Of a DNA stretch of 64,000 nucleotides, positions 14,469 through 29,793 are shown one piece after another. The stretch is from Somniosus microcephalus (lineage: Eukaryota). The stretch lies in assembly GCA_052327205.1 (NCBI GenBank), contig CM126223.1, positions 51,956,001-52,020,000 of the forward strand, in the 5' to 3' direction. A program made the translations under genes and the position numbers. The first letter of the stretch is position 1; each line of letters opens with the position of its first letter. Under the pieces are notes generated by a model. It was not told the origin of the DNA and made no database searches. It worked only from the letters and a program-made list of their open reading frames with translations.

Positions 14469-15684
14469 CTACAGGAACACAACACAGACCCATTCAACAA
14501 GGTACCAAAAAAGTTCAATTTTCATTTACTGATTAAAACAACAATTTTTGGAAGTGGCAGAGCATTCTCAAGCAGTGGTGCTTGGCACATGGAAACTAGA
14601 GGCATGGTGGTGTGGTGGCAGTAGTGTTAAATACTATGCCATCTACCAGAAAGATTCCCTTAACCAGCTTTTGCATAAAAAGGTTTTGGTTTACAAGCCA
14701 GCAAATTTCAATTTCAATTTAATTCAGTACACAAGGAACAGATTAGCAATTATTGGCAAGTTTCAATTTGTCTACTTTTCTCTAAAAGGAAGAGATATAG
14801 GTTTAGACAGACACAGGCTAATACCTCATCCAAGTTTATGTATCACTAGGCAACAATTAGAGTTGTTACTTAGGCCCAATATCCTGTGCCAATTGCAAAA
14901 AATAGCATTTTAATAACCTTTCAACTGGAGATTTGGTACAGGTGGACCAAGGTTAGAAAAAGTTACCAAGTGTATGCTTGTAAACTGGATATTGAAGCAG
15001 AGGGAAGGGATTTACATCACAGCCCACATTTTGTTTGAGCCTACACATGTCCAGAGTTTAAGGAACAAGGTGTGGAAAAATGAAGTGGCACATATGAATC
15101 ATTCAAGACTTGTGCATTGGAGTAATACTTCCATACATTTGCATAACAATTACCAATATCTACCAGATAAACTTCAATCTTGCAGCATCCCAGGTGGTTT
15201 TCTGGGCAGCAGTTAATTTCAGACCCTTTATACAGCATTGAAAAGGGAACCCAATGCTACATTGAGTGGCATCTCCATGAAAGACACCAAGATAAGCTGG
15301 TGCAATCAATCAAATTGGGCTACAATCCAATCTGTTCAGCCAATTGTTCATCACACTCGAGAAACTAGGTGAAGAGGAGCTGCTGCCAAAAACGGTTTTC
15401 CAGGACACGTTAAATAAAATCGTACACTTGGACTTGGGAGGATAAACCAAGTCATCAAGTCTCAACCTCACTCTTCCCAAAAGATTTTCTGCTTAAGTTT
15501 ATATTTTGCTTCACTCAAAAGCAATTATTGGCACCTTTTGCAGTCTGACTTAGGTCGCTTTAATCTCGACTTGGAAGTTCAAGTTCTACTGCTTCCTGCC
15601 CAAAATTACCCTACCTAGTGTGTTGCAAGAGTTTTCCCTCCAAGGATTCAGCTTTTTCTTTTGAGGGAGACCCTGGAAAGATCA

Positions 15685-16141
15685 CATTTATTGCCCATCC
15701 CTTGTTGCCAAGATGGTGGGCCTTGAACCATTCCAGTCCTTTTGTGCTCCCACAATATGGTTTGGTTGGAAATGGCAGGATTTTGAGCCAACAATGAAAG
15801 AATGGCAACATATGTCCAAGTCAGGATCATGTGACTTGGGAGGGGAATTTGAAGGTTATGATGGTCCAACACTACTGCTTGTGTCCTCTGGTGGTCGATG
15901 TTATGGGGAGGCAGGTAAAGTGAGCATGGCAAGTTGCTGCTATGCATCCTTGAAGATATTACATACCACAGTCTGATGGAGAGCAAGTTCAGCTGATCAA
16001 GTGAACTGCTTGGTCCTGGTTATGCTCGTGTTGTGGCTCCACCCAGTCAGGAGTATAAATATTTAATCAGTCCTGACTTCAGCCTTGTAGATAGAGGGAC
16101 AAATGAGCAACTTTGCATACCCAGCCTCTGCCTTGCTCTTG
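15685..16141 (-). mobile_element. 3' fragment of a second LINE family (CR1/L2 group)
   Basis: Reverse-complement match to 36855-37340 (catttattgcccatccc; caagtcaggat...gaggggaatttg). Confidence 0.75.
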
Positions 16142-16616
16142 GGCGAGATCACTGCACCACAGGGACTGCATGGTTGAAGGCAACTAGAGACTGGCAATTC
16201 ATGCAGTCTTTCCAACATATCCCCAGCACGAGAACAAAGTATCAGCTATTTAAATACACCAACTATATTGAAAAGCCTAAATTAGCAATAATCTGGATGG
16301 CTATCAACCTTCAAGTCCAATTCATTTCAACAAGTATCATAACCCAAATAGATATCTGGAAGTAGAGAAAACATGTGGGGGATTCAGGTTTTCCTAAACC
16401 ATAGTAAACCACAATTAATGCCATGTAAGCATTAAGCTGCAGTTCAATAGCAGCAGTGGGGGCAATTTGGCTTTCACTTATCTGCCAAGATCCCAACAGG
16501 ATAACATGTCCTTGTGCTCAGCTACATTACACTTATGCAATTGCAACAAGTTCAAACTATTTTATTCTGTAAGGACTATTGCCCGAGATGAACCCAAATT
16601 GGAGTTCCATCTGTCA

Positions 16617-16850
<234 letters not shown>

Positions 16851-17324
16851 TCAAATTTATAGCAAAGTGAATGAAGTCTACAGGAATGTTGTTGACAATC
16901 ATGACACTGTAGAGCAATACAATGGCTAATAAATAAATGTCTCCTTGATCAAACTTTTCATACATCAGCCACCAAAAATTAATTTAGCTCATCAATATCA
17001 CATTAGATTGCTCAAGCCAGGGGTTCAGAATCAGTATTACAGCAAGAACTAAATTAAAGCCAATGTCTGCTGCAATAAAGTGGATCCTAGCACCACTTCA
17101 CATTGATTTAATTTTTATTTTAAATGCAAACTTGTGAAAGAATATAAATTTACACTTCCTAGGGATAAGTCAAAAAGTGGAGAAAGCAACTGGTAGCACA
17201 CAATTAAAGCAGCTTTAATTTCCTGCAAATCATCCCACCAGATACCATAACACTTCATAAATATACCAGTTGTATCACAGATGAACATTTGGTCCATTTC
17301 TTGGCAAGGGAGTGTTTGTACTCA

Positions 17325-17741
<417 letters not shown>

Positions 17742-20700
17742 TTACAAGAAAAATCCTACCATAGCATGGAAACTGCTTGGTAATAATTAATTCTATTCAG
17801 TCTAATCCAACGTTTTACATCAACGGAAAACCATTTATTCAAATGCATCTCCAATGGCATATTGCAAATTTATTTCTGGAGTTTAGGCTGTCTGCCTTTT
17901 CACAGCAACATAGCGGAATCCAGCTGCGCGCACGCACGCACGCACACCCCTTGCAAAAGAGGAGAAATTTAGATTTCTGACTTGCTTCCACATCTCTGGA
18001 TAAATGCAGGAGATACACAGCCTTGGGATAAAGTTGATGTTTTGGGAAAAGGATGTGCACTTGCTCAGATCACCAACTCACCAGGAGTCATTCACTGCAT
18101 CCCATTTCAAATGGGTTTTACTGATCAAGCATTACCCTACAAAGCTCAAGTATTTCACAAGGTTCCAGTTTTATTAAATTTTTGAACAAATGATTCCTGT
18201 GCACAGATTAAACAAGGCCACTGCATGATAAATGTTGACCCTTTAACTTGTCTTGGCTATACCCCAACCATGTCAGTGCAAGGAAATAACCAAATTCTGT
18301 AAAACTGCACCACCCATCGGCAGAAACTAGGTTGCCTGCATCAGTGCTTAGCTCAAGATACATGAAGCAACCACTCTCCAAACTGCTGCAAAACCATTTA
18401 CTCAAACATGGATGGTTGTTAGATCAGAAGTTTAGGGACCACTGAGTTGAAGCTAGCTAAAACCCTGCAACATCAGTAGCAAGCTTGCCATTTGTCCAGA
18501 TGGGAGCAGCCTACCTCATTAGGACACAGACTAGCAGTTGTCAAGTCACGTGGGAAGAATTCCAGTCCCTAGGTGGCAGATTTATCCTTCAGGTCTAAAT
18601 GAGCCAGCCTGGTCCACCAACAGCATTAGTGTTTCTGGACTCCTGATTGCAAAGTCTGTCAGGGATGGAATCAGTTTTTTGGGGGCAGAAAGGGTCCTCA
18701 AGATGATAGTCATTGACTTAATGTCGTCAATGGCTCCTAACAATTTGCTTTAATTAAAAAGGCATCATTTTATGGAATTTAGGTTCAGAATACCAATTTT
18801 TCAAACTATTGAAATCTTATCCTAGTGACAATAGCATATCACTGCATTTTTTGGATGGGAACTAGAGCAAGACAGGAAATGCACTGTTGAAGTTCAAGGT
18901 CACAGCAGCAAAGCAAATACTAATCTAATCTACCAACATGGCCAAACTGGAGCCTTGATCCTAGCCTGTTTCTGGAGCTCCTTGCACAAGAGATAAGAGT
19001 AGCAATTAGTTTGTAGAGAAAACTGCAAATTTGCAAAAATATAGCACAAATTTAAGTATGTTTACATTGGTGGATCTGACTATTGACCCTCAACAAAAGT
19101 ATAGGTTTCTAAAATGTAAAGAATTTTCATGGAACAATTCTGAAGCCAAAACTTGTTTGGAAACAACCAATGCCAACACCAGCCCCCCCCCTACAATGTT
19201 AGTAGAGATCATTGCCCTGTTCCACAAAAATACAATTGAAGACAAATACTTAGCTGCTAGACAAAATATCAGTGGCCCCCTAAACTTCTGATCTAACCAA
19301 CCAAGACAAAATATTTGATCATTTAAAGTGTAAATATGCTCTCAATCCACAAACATGGTGAACTTTTATATAAGCACTTATTGACAATACACTAAGGAGT
19401 TGCATTACCAAGCTAAACTTGCAGAGGAAGTTAGAACACAATTGAGCTCAAACATTACATGCATCATGGCAGTGCAGTCATGGACTGCCATTTGCATGTA
19501 TGGGAAGAAATTCCAGGCTGCTCACATTTAGTAGAGATTGATGCAGCAGCACAGACCTGGGAGCATGTCACCAATTGTTCTCCATTTTGGAGCAAATTAA
19601 GGAATATCAGATATTTGAGTGTGGTCATGCCCCAGGAAGTGTGTAGTTGGGACTTGAATGCAAATAACTGTTGAGTACATGGTATTTCACTCATCCAGGT
19701 TCTCTTGTATTCAACAAAAAACAGCATGTGGACATCCAAGGTCCGACAGACAGTTTCTTCGCACAGACGATGGGTCGAATGGTCTCCCTCTGCTGTAAAT
19801 TTCTATGCAGCATAAATGGACAACAGACCATCAATTTAACATGGGCTGGAAAATTCCCTCAACTGGCAGAGGTTGTGGGGGGGGGGGGGGGGGGGGCAGG
19901 GGAAGAGAGAGAAGGGGTGGTGGGAGAGGAAGGAGGGTAAGAAAGCAATTTTGCCATCTTGAAAATCTTTGAACACTGAACTGCTACAGCACTCTCCAAA
20001 ACAACCACCATCACTATTGTACAACAGTTCTTTTCAAATTGTACCTCCAAAGTTCATGGAAACTTGGTGCAGTCCCTGCTCCTACAACAATTCTGTGCTA
20101 ACAATGCTTCAGGCAAACTTCAACTGCTTTATTTCTGACCAGGAAATTAGAACAGCACAGATGTTTGCAGATGTGACCCAGAATCTTTAAAACATCACCT
20201 ATCCCAAGTTTATGCATCAGCAGCCAGTCTCCTCGGGATTCCTTTTGATATGAAATAAAAGTACACTGAATGACATGCCAGTTTGTTAATGGCAAACTGA
20301 ACAGGCTTCCCAATTTTGCTCTGCAAAAATGTAGCTCCTGTTCATTTCCAGGGCATGAAGTCACTGCAGATGGGATAAGTGTGTAGCAAAGGGAAATAGA
20401 CTTGCTGCAGTTGAGAGTATTATGCTGATATTTTGCACACAGGACCAGAATTTAGAAATGTTATAATTTGAGGAGCAACTCACTTTCCCCATTCTCAATG
20501 CCAAAAGGAACACTACCCTGAAGAATGACCTTTGGTTAAATACAATGGCTGCTGCACCGATCACATTTCTACATCAATTTTTAATGCTGCTACAACTGGC
20601 AACCAGTCTGATGGATCAATTGACTGAATAACACTTCCTCACAAACATGCTGCTGCAACATATTGTACTTAAAATTACCAACGGTCACAAGGCTGCTCAT

Positions 20701-21104
20701 AAGAGCTTCCTTCGAATGTTCAGAATTGCCATGACATGTCACTGGCTACAGATTGGCTCTGGTCTGAACTGATCACCATTCCAGAATATGGCATGGATCA
20801 CAACAGTGCCTGTGAATATCAAACACCAACCAAAATACATCTACACAGAATGTAGTCGCCACTACCTTATCACCCCAAAAACTTTCCAGCCATTTAAAAT
20901 GAAACCGAGAAGCACAATTTATAATTTATGAAACAGTAAGCTGCCATCTGAACAGAGCAGGAGCTGCATTTCGCAGAGTTAAAAAAAGGGAAGCTTTAGT
21001 TTGACATTAAAATGAACAGAAGCCTCCATGTCAATTGGTGTATTTTTACTGACAATCAAAAAGGTGTATGCATTTGATTATAGCACATGGTATTTGATAC
21101 CTCA

Positions 21105-21420
21105 CTGGCATTTATGTAGCACCTTTAACTGAAAAGCCATCAAGACTCTTCAGTGATGCAAGGAAAAAATAATGCCCTGCCAAAAACTTGGTCAAAGAAG
21201 TGGGTTTTAAGCAGAGTCTTGAGAGGGAGAATTCCAGAGTGTGGTGCCCAGGCAGTTAATGGTGGGCTAAAGGGGGGGATTCACAAGGCCAGAATCCAAG
21301 CAAGAACTGGAGTGGAGAGGCCATGAAGGAATTAAACAAGAATGAGAATTGTGATCATTGTGGGTCCAGAAGCCAATGTAGATCAGCTAGGACAGGTTTG
21401 ATGCACAAGGACAGGATAAT
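21105..21420 (-). mobile_element. L2-type LINE 3' fragment
   Basis: gcatttatgtagcacctttaac tail; ttggtcaaagaagtgggttttaag, gggagaattccagag, agccaatgtagatcagc motifs. Confidence 0.6.
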
Positions 21421-21750
21421 GCACAATTTCAGGGTTGTGCAAGTGTAGTCAACATCACCGAATATTCAGTTAATCCTAGTCGAAGGGCCAACTACCATGT
21501 ATTCAGACTACCAAGTCTAACAGGTTGCCTAAAATTCCTCAAAGCTAGTCATCCCACACAAGTCCAGAGGATGGAAAGAAAGCCATGCCTAATCTCAAAA
21601 GGGATGGGGGGAACAGTAGATTTGAGAATCACCACAATCCCTAAAAAACACATGCATAAGAAACTTATATTTTAGAAAGTAAATTGCTGCAAAGTTGCAA
21701 CTGTCTTTAGAGCATGAACCTTGATCTCATTGCAAGCAGTTCAAACACAC

Positions 21751-21752
<2 letters not shown>

Positions 21753-21797
<45 letters not shown>
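21753..21797. repeat. (TA)n microsatellite about 60 nt downstream of the exon 6 donor
   Basis: Direct reading. Confidence 0.98.
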
Positions 21798-21801
<4 letters not shown>

Positions 21802-21838
21802 ATGTGTAAATACAAACTTTAATACTTCAAACTTATTA

Positions 21839-22057
<219 letters not shown>

Positions 22058-23869
22058 TCATTAAATTTATAATCTGCCTTTCGGGCAACAATGGAATATG
22101 AAAGCTTTCTATACGGTTAGAAAAGTTACAGCAGCTGCCACCTACAGAATCACAAACAGCCCAATGACTTGTTTCACCCAACAGATTTTAGCTAGGTGGC
22201 TGCATGCAGCATCTTGGAGGAACTGTTCCATCAAAATGGAGAACCAATTGCAGCTCAGTTGCTTGAACTGTATGGGTGAAAAAGGCCAAGTCCCCCTAAT
22301 GCAGTCTTTGCCCTCTGCATTTCAGACTGGTTTACATTATTCTGATGCAATGGCAGGGTACAAAACAGCAAATTCAATCCTCATTTCCTCAAGTGTTAAT
22401 GAAGGAAAGGAGAAATGTTTATGAATTTACTGTACAGCAAATACAGGGTTAGTACTCTTGAAGAGTGTAATTTGAATGTTTTACATCAGTGGCATTAGTT
22501 TGAAATATTGAGGCCAGTAGTTTGCGATCTCTGCTGACTGGTTAGTCTCCAAGCACCATGTAACATTGAAAGTCCTCTACTATTTTCTGCATGCTTACTG
22601 AAACCTGTAAATGAAGTACACCTTCAGGTCAGGCATCCGCTGTCCTCATTTTCAAAATGGCCATTGTCTGTACTGTAAAGATTGCCCAACAACCTTGAAG
22701 AACCAGCTGAGATGATCAGCTGCATCAGCATTCAGCTCTGCGACAGTTTCAGTCCATTTCAATTCAAACTGCATTTTGAGCTGAGTGCAACTACATTTCA
22801 CAGTCCTACTTACCTGCATTGGGGCAATCACAGGACAAAAAAGGGGGAATGCCAGTGTGTGCTGGTATATTGAAGCTTCCAAAAGCAAGTGTTAGAATGG
22901 ATCAAGAACATTTGGGAGGGAGAACAGAACAACTCATGCTGTAGGAGTGAAACTGCAATTTTCTGGTTGAGCAGATTGTCTGTAGGAAAAAACTGACTGA
23001 TAGCTGGAACTCAAGCCTGTTCATCACTCAAGCAAGAGACCAGGGCAGCCACCACCTTACTACCCAAAGCCAAAGCTCCTCAAAGAAGCAGAAGATGAAG
23101 GAAAGACAATGGCAGGGTCAGGGAGGAGCTGCCAGCAGCCAAAGAATGTATAGATTCACCACAGGGCAGGAAAGGACAGCCCCTCTTGCTGTTCATGCAC
23201 TTTTGATCCAGAGGCTAGTCAGGTCAGTGCGAAGTGGTAGAGCTCTTTACCCAGCATCCATAGCAGCAGAGAAACCACTATCCCTGGGACTAGAACCATG
23301 CAAGCATTCGATCCCAAAGTAGAGCTGTTTCTGCACTATGGATTTTGGATAACGAGCTCTCTATTCCACAAAAGCCATTTTTCATAAAACTCACTGCCAC
23401 TGTGCTGACCTGGTCATGTGTTTAATGGGCTTGGTGCATTGAAGGCTGTCCATAGTTCATAATTTGCAAGTGTGTGGGGTTTCAGGGTCTATGTTTTGCT
23501 ATACAAGTTATTTGGGTCTCAATAAGTGTATGTTAATGCAGGTTTCACTGTACATGCAAATTCAATAATAGCACCATGTTCCTGGTAATGAACATCTATT
23601 AATCCAGTTACAGCCTCACTGGTGAAATCCTGGTACTATAAACCTAGTGACATACCACAGTTGGCATATTGAGCAGCTCATTAAAGCCAATATACACAAG
23701 CATGCACTAAATGGAGTGCAAGGGGACATTAGGCTCAACCATTTTAAATATTCATTGTGATCCGCTTTGCTTACAGCAAATTTGAAATGTTTAACCCAAA
23801 CCGCATGACAAAATATTCCCTTTCTGAAACTACTTCGGTTGGTATTTCTCACTTTTCCAAACTTAATTT

Positions 23870-26800
23870 TTGTGGTTATAGTTTCCTACGGTTGTGTGTA
23901 GCAGGGAGTGCTAGTAAACAAGGGCCCTTGAGTATATCATTTAATTGTAGTGTAATTGGTGGTATGGATTGATTTAATTTGAATTAAAGGGTAAGTCATG
24001 GCAGCCCCGTGGCATGCTCCTCCTGCACTATGTGGGAAATCAGGGCCCTGTGTCCCTGACGATCATGTGTGCAGGAAGTGTATCCAGCTGCAGCTACTGG
24101 CAGACTGCATCGCAGCACTGGAGTGGCAAATGGATACATACTGGAGCATTTGTGATGCTGAGGACATAGTGGATAGCACGTTTAGGGAGTAGGTAAAGGC
24201 TGCACAGGCAGGAAGGGGTGACCGCCAGGCAGAGTAGTAGGCACAGGCAGGTAGTGCAGGGGTCCCCTATGGCCATCCCCCTCAGATATACTGCTTTGGA
24301 TACTGTTGGGGAGATGGCTTATCAGGGAAGGCAGCAGCAGCCAACTTCCTGACACCATGGGTGGCTCTGCTGTACAGGACGGGAGGAAAAAGAGCAGGAG
24401 AGCTAGTGATAGGGGATTCTATGGCAAGGGAGATAGGCGTTTCTGCGGCTGCAAACAAGACTCCAGGATGGTATGCTGCCTCCCTGGTGCAAGGGTCAAG
24501 GATGTCTGAGCAGCTGCAGTGCATTCTGGAGGGGGGGGGAAAAAGGGTGAACAGTGAACAGCTAGTTGTCGTGCTGCATATAGGTACCAACGATTTAGGT
24601 AAAAAATGTTCTAAAAGCTGAATACAGGGAGTTAGGTAAATTAAAAAAAAAATAGGACCTCAAAAAGGTAGTAATCTCAGGATTGCTACCAGTGCCATGT
24701 GCTAGTCAAGAGTAGAAATTGAAGGATATTTCAGATGAATACGTGGCTAGAGAAATGGTACAAGGGGAGGGATTCAAATTCCTGGGACATTGGAACTGGT
24801 TTTGGGGGGGGGGGGGGGGGGGGGGGGGGTGGAAACCAGTACAAACTGGACGGTTTGCACCTAAGCAGGACTGGGACTGATGTCCTAGGGGGAGTGTTTG
24901 CTAGTGCTGTTGGGGAGGGTTTAAACTAAAATGGCAGGGGGTTGGAAACCTGTGCAGGGAAGCAAGGATAGAAGCAAAAGACAGGAAGGAGAAAAGCAAA
25001 AGTGGAAGGCAGAGAAATCAAGAGTGTAAATCAAACAGGGCCACAGTAAATAAGAATTCTAAAAAGGACTAAGTTTTAAAAAACCAAGCCTGAAGGCTGT
25101 GTGTCTTAATGCAAGGAGCATTCGTAATAAGATGGATGAATTAGCTGTGCAAAGAGATGTAAATGGATATGATAATATAATTGGGATTACAGAGACATGG
25201 CTCCAGGGTGACCAAGGCTGGGACTTCAACATTCAGGAAGGACAGGCAAAAAAGGAAAAGGAGGTGGGGTAGCATTGCTGGTTAAAGAGATTAACACAAT
25301 AGTAAGGAAGGATATTAGCTCTGATGTGGAATCTGTATGGTAGAGCCAAGAAATACCAAGGGGCAGAAAACATTAGTGGGAGTTGTATACAGACCCCCAA
25401 ACAGTAATGCAGAGGTTGGGGATGGCATTAAAAATGAGAAATTAGAGACGCGTGCAATAAGGGCACAGCAGTTATCATGGGTGACTAATCTACATATAGA
25501 TTGGGCTAACCAAATTAGTAACAATACAGTGGAGGAGAAATTCCTGGAGTGTATACAGGCTGGTTTCCTGGACCAATATGTCAAGGAACCAACTAGAGAT
25601 CAGGCCATCTGAGACTGGGTATTATGTAATGAGAAAGGATTGATTAGCAATCTTGTGAGGCCCCTTGGGGAAGAGCGATCATATGATGAATTCTTCATTA
25701 AGATGGAGCGAGTGAAGCAGTTGAGAGACTAGGGTCTTGAATTTAAATAAAGGAACCTACGATAGTATGAGGCGTGAGTTGGGGAACATTAAAGGGTTGA
25801 CGGTGGATAGGCAATGGCAAATATTTAAAGATCGCATGGATGAACTACAGAATTTGTTCAAGATTGGTGAAGTCAAGCGTAGGTCCCTTGCAGTCAGAAT
25901 CAGGGGAATTTATAATGGGGAACAAAGAAATGGCCGACCAATTAAATACATACTTTGGTTCTGTCTTCACAAAGGAGGTCAGGGAACATAGGGTCTAATG
26001 AGGGGGAGGAACTGAAATCAGTATTTGTAGGGAAATGGTGTTAGGGAAATTGATGGGATTGAAGGCCAATAAATCCCCAGGGCCTGATAATCTACATCCT
26101 AGGGTACTTAAGGAAGTGGCCCTAGAAACAGTAGATGCATTGCTAGTCATCTTCCAAAATGCGACTCGAACAGTTCCCATGGATTGGAGGGTAGCTAATG
26201 TTACCCCACTATACAAAAAAAGGTGGTAGAGAGAAAACAGGGAATTATAGACCGGTAAGCCGGACATCGGTAGTGGGGAAAATGCTAGAGTCCATTATAA
26301 AAGATGTAATAGCAGAGCACTTGGAAACAGTGACAGGATTAGACAGTCAACCTGGATTTACAAAAGGTAAATCGTGCTTGACTAATCTACTGGAATTTTT
26401 TGATGTAACTGGTAGAATAGATGAGTGAGGACCAGTGAATGTGGTGTATTTGGACTTTCAGAAGGCTTTCGATAAGGTCCCGCATAAGAGATTAGCATGC
26501 AAAGTTAAAGCACATGGGATTGGGGGTAAGGTACTGACTTGGATAGAGAACTGGTTGGCAGACAGGAAGCAAAGAGTTGGAATAAAACGGGTCTTTTTCC
26601 GAGTGGTAGGCAGTGACTAGTGGGGTACCGCAGGGATTGGCGCTAGGTCCCCAGCTATTTCACTATATATTGATCTAGACAAGGGGACTAGATGTAATAC
26701 CTCCAAGTTTGCAGATGACACAAAGCTGGATGGGCGTGCACACTGAGGAGGATGCAGAGAAACTCCAGTATGATTTGGACTGGGGTTTGGTGATTATACT

Positions 26801-27462
26801 GCATCTGCCCAATGTGGATAAATGCAAGGTTATCCACTTAGGTGGCTAAAACAGGAAGGCAGATTATTATCTGAACGGCAATAGATTGGGAGAAGGGGAA
26901 AGTGCAACGAGACCTGGGTGTCCTTGTGCACCAGTTGCAGAAGGTAAGCATGCAGGTGGTTAAGGCGGCAAATGGTATGTTGGCCTTCATAGGTGAGAGG
27001 ATTCGAGTACAGAAGCAAGGATGTCTTGCTGCAGAGGAATGACGTATGGAGAGAGAGATTGGGTCGATTAGGCTTATATTCGCTAGCGTTTAGATGAATG
27101 AGGGGATCTCATTGAAATAAAATTCTAACAGGACTAGATGCAGGAAGGCTGTTCCCGATGGCGGGGGGAGTCCAGAACCAGGGATCTCGGTCCAAGGATA
27201 AGGGGTAAGCCATTTAGGACAGATGGAGGAATTTCTTCACCCAGAGTGGTGAACTTGTGGAATTCTCTATCACAGGGCAGTTGAGGCCAATTCATTAAAT
27301 ATATTCAAGAAGGAGTTAGATATATTTAAGGCTAAAGGGATTAAGGGAGTAAGCAGGGACAGGGCACTGAATTTGGATGATCAGCCATGATCTCATTAAA
27401 TGGCAGCGCAGGCTCGAGGCGCCAAATGGCCTTCTCCTGCTCTTATCTAGGTTTCTATGTTT
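23870..27462 (+). mobile_element. Near full-length, inactivated CR1 LINE (ORF1 Cys motif plus SGNH esterase; ORF2 APE endonuclease plus RT; 3' tail)
   Basis: Fragments PDDHVCRKCIQLQLL, LVIGDS, VLHIGTND, DGLHL; LVGVVYRPPNS; KSPGPDNLHPRVLKE; YLDFQKAFDKVPH; tail ...gtttctatgtt; many frameshifts and deletions. 5' boundary approximate. Confidence 0.95.
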
Positions 27463-27519
27463 CCAGGACAATCAGCTTCATAAACCAGCACCTCCACAAT
27501 AGTGGCTTGGATCATCTCA

Positions 27520-27717
<198 letters not shown>

Positions 27718-28707
27718 CTACAAGGAAACAAAACAAATATTAGCAGCATACATACAGGCAGTGGACACCCAAGCATTAAATCAACCCATTAAATACTGGA
27801 GTCAATGTTATACAAGCAAAACAGAATTCAACCATGTTGGCTCATTACAGTATTTTCCCCACAATCAACTTTTAATACTCCAATCTAGAATGTATATCAA
27901 GTGCTATCTAGCCAAGTATTTTTATCTCAAGGAAACCTGCTTAAGTTTTCCACACTTTTCTCAGTCTGAACAGCAAAGCCATATTTACTCTAGTACAGTG
28001 GAGCCACAGCACAAGTTATTTTGGAGACTCGATTTACAGCTGTCCAATCTCATTCCTGGCAAGATCCTTAGTGTTAGGCCTCACAGGCATGGCTGAAATG
28101 GCTTTAAAATAATGGTAGAAACTCTGCAGTCTTATGCATTCTTCAACTTGGCAGTTAAGCATCCCCCCAAACAATTGTTCAGTGGGTAAACTGCAAACAG
28201 ACCAGAAAGGTTCTCAACCTTGTTGCTGACTGCAGGCAGTAATGCACCAATTGACAGTCCTAGACTAGGAATAGAAAAAACTGCCAATGTTACTAAAGAT
28301 TACTTCCAGTATGAGATTGGAAAAGAAAGATGGGAACATAGGGCAGGGCATGACACCCATGATGGGCCCTCACTGAACTGTTCAACACAAGCTGCTACTT
28401 TCACTAGGAAGGGTCAGGAAACAAGTAAAACTCTACAAAGCAAGAGAGTTTTAAATGTCAGTGGAATTTTCAATTGCATGGACAAGGAGTGCTTGGACAC
28501 CGCGTGTATAGCACTGTCCTTGAGTTCTGCCAGTGGAGCTTGCAAATCTTGTAAATATTAGAAGGCTTAAAGGCAAGTTGGCCTGAGCTGCTAATGGATT
28601 TACAACCAGCCTCTTGAAAGGGCAGAGGTTGCAAAGCAGTTTAAAAAACCTTCAAACAAGGGACAGCAATTGCCCAGTCTGAACTGGTAAGAGGCTATAC
28701 TATACTA

Positions 28708-28926
<219 letters not shown>

Positions 28927-29406
28927 TTAAAGGAATTCAAAGCTCCTGAACATGCTTTCCTTTCTCTTCCCCAATCGGTTTGTAAAAGGATGCCAAAGAT
29001 GCATTTAAAGCCCCTATAACTGCACATGCCTCAGCCACCAGCACTAGATACAAGTGCTTTGAACAGCAAATTTGCTTCCAATGAAGAGAAAAATAATCAT
29101 GCAGGTACTTTTTGGCTACTTCTGCTGTACAGGAGCAAACAAAAGGCCAGCTCCCAAAACAATCAACTGTTATAGAAGCATCCTAGCAGGGTCTAGCTAC
29201 CTGTCTTTCCCTCCCCCTTAGAAGTATCCTTCTGTGTAGCACTGTTCAGATCAGTTGCTGAATGAAGAAAACAGCCAACCAACATTTGTTCATTAAAATA
29301 GCACTACACATGGGGTACAACTACCAGTGAGATTTAATACTGAGGGACACCATGCCACCACATACCCCAAAAGCAGGCACTTGGACAGACTTGGTCAACA
29401 TCTTCA

Positions 29407-29793
<387 letters not shown>

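Noticed and set aside
17922-17948. CpG-rich patch ctgcgcgcacgcacgcacgcac (NRF1-like motif)
   Set aside because: Too short for a CpG island and best explained as a (GCAC)n microsatellite.
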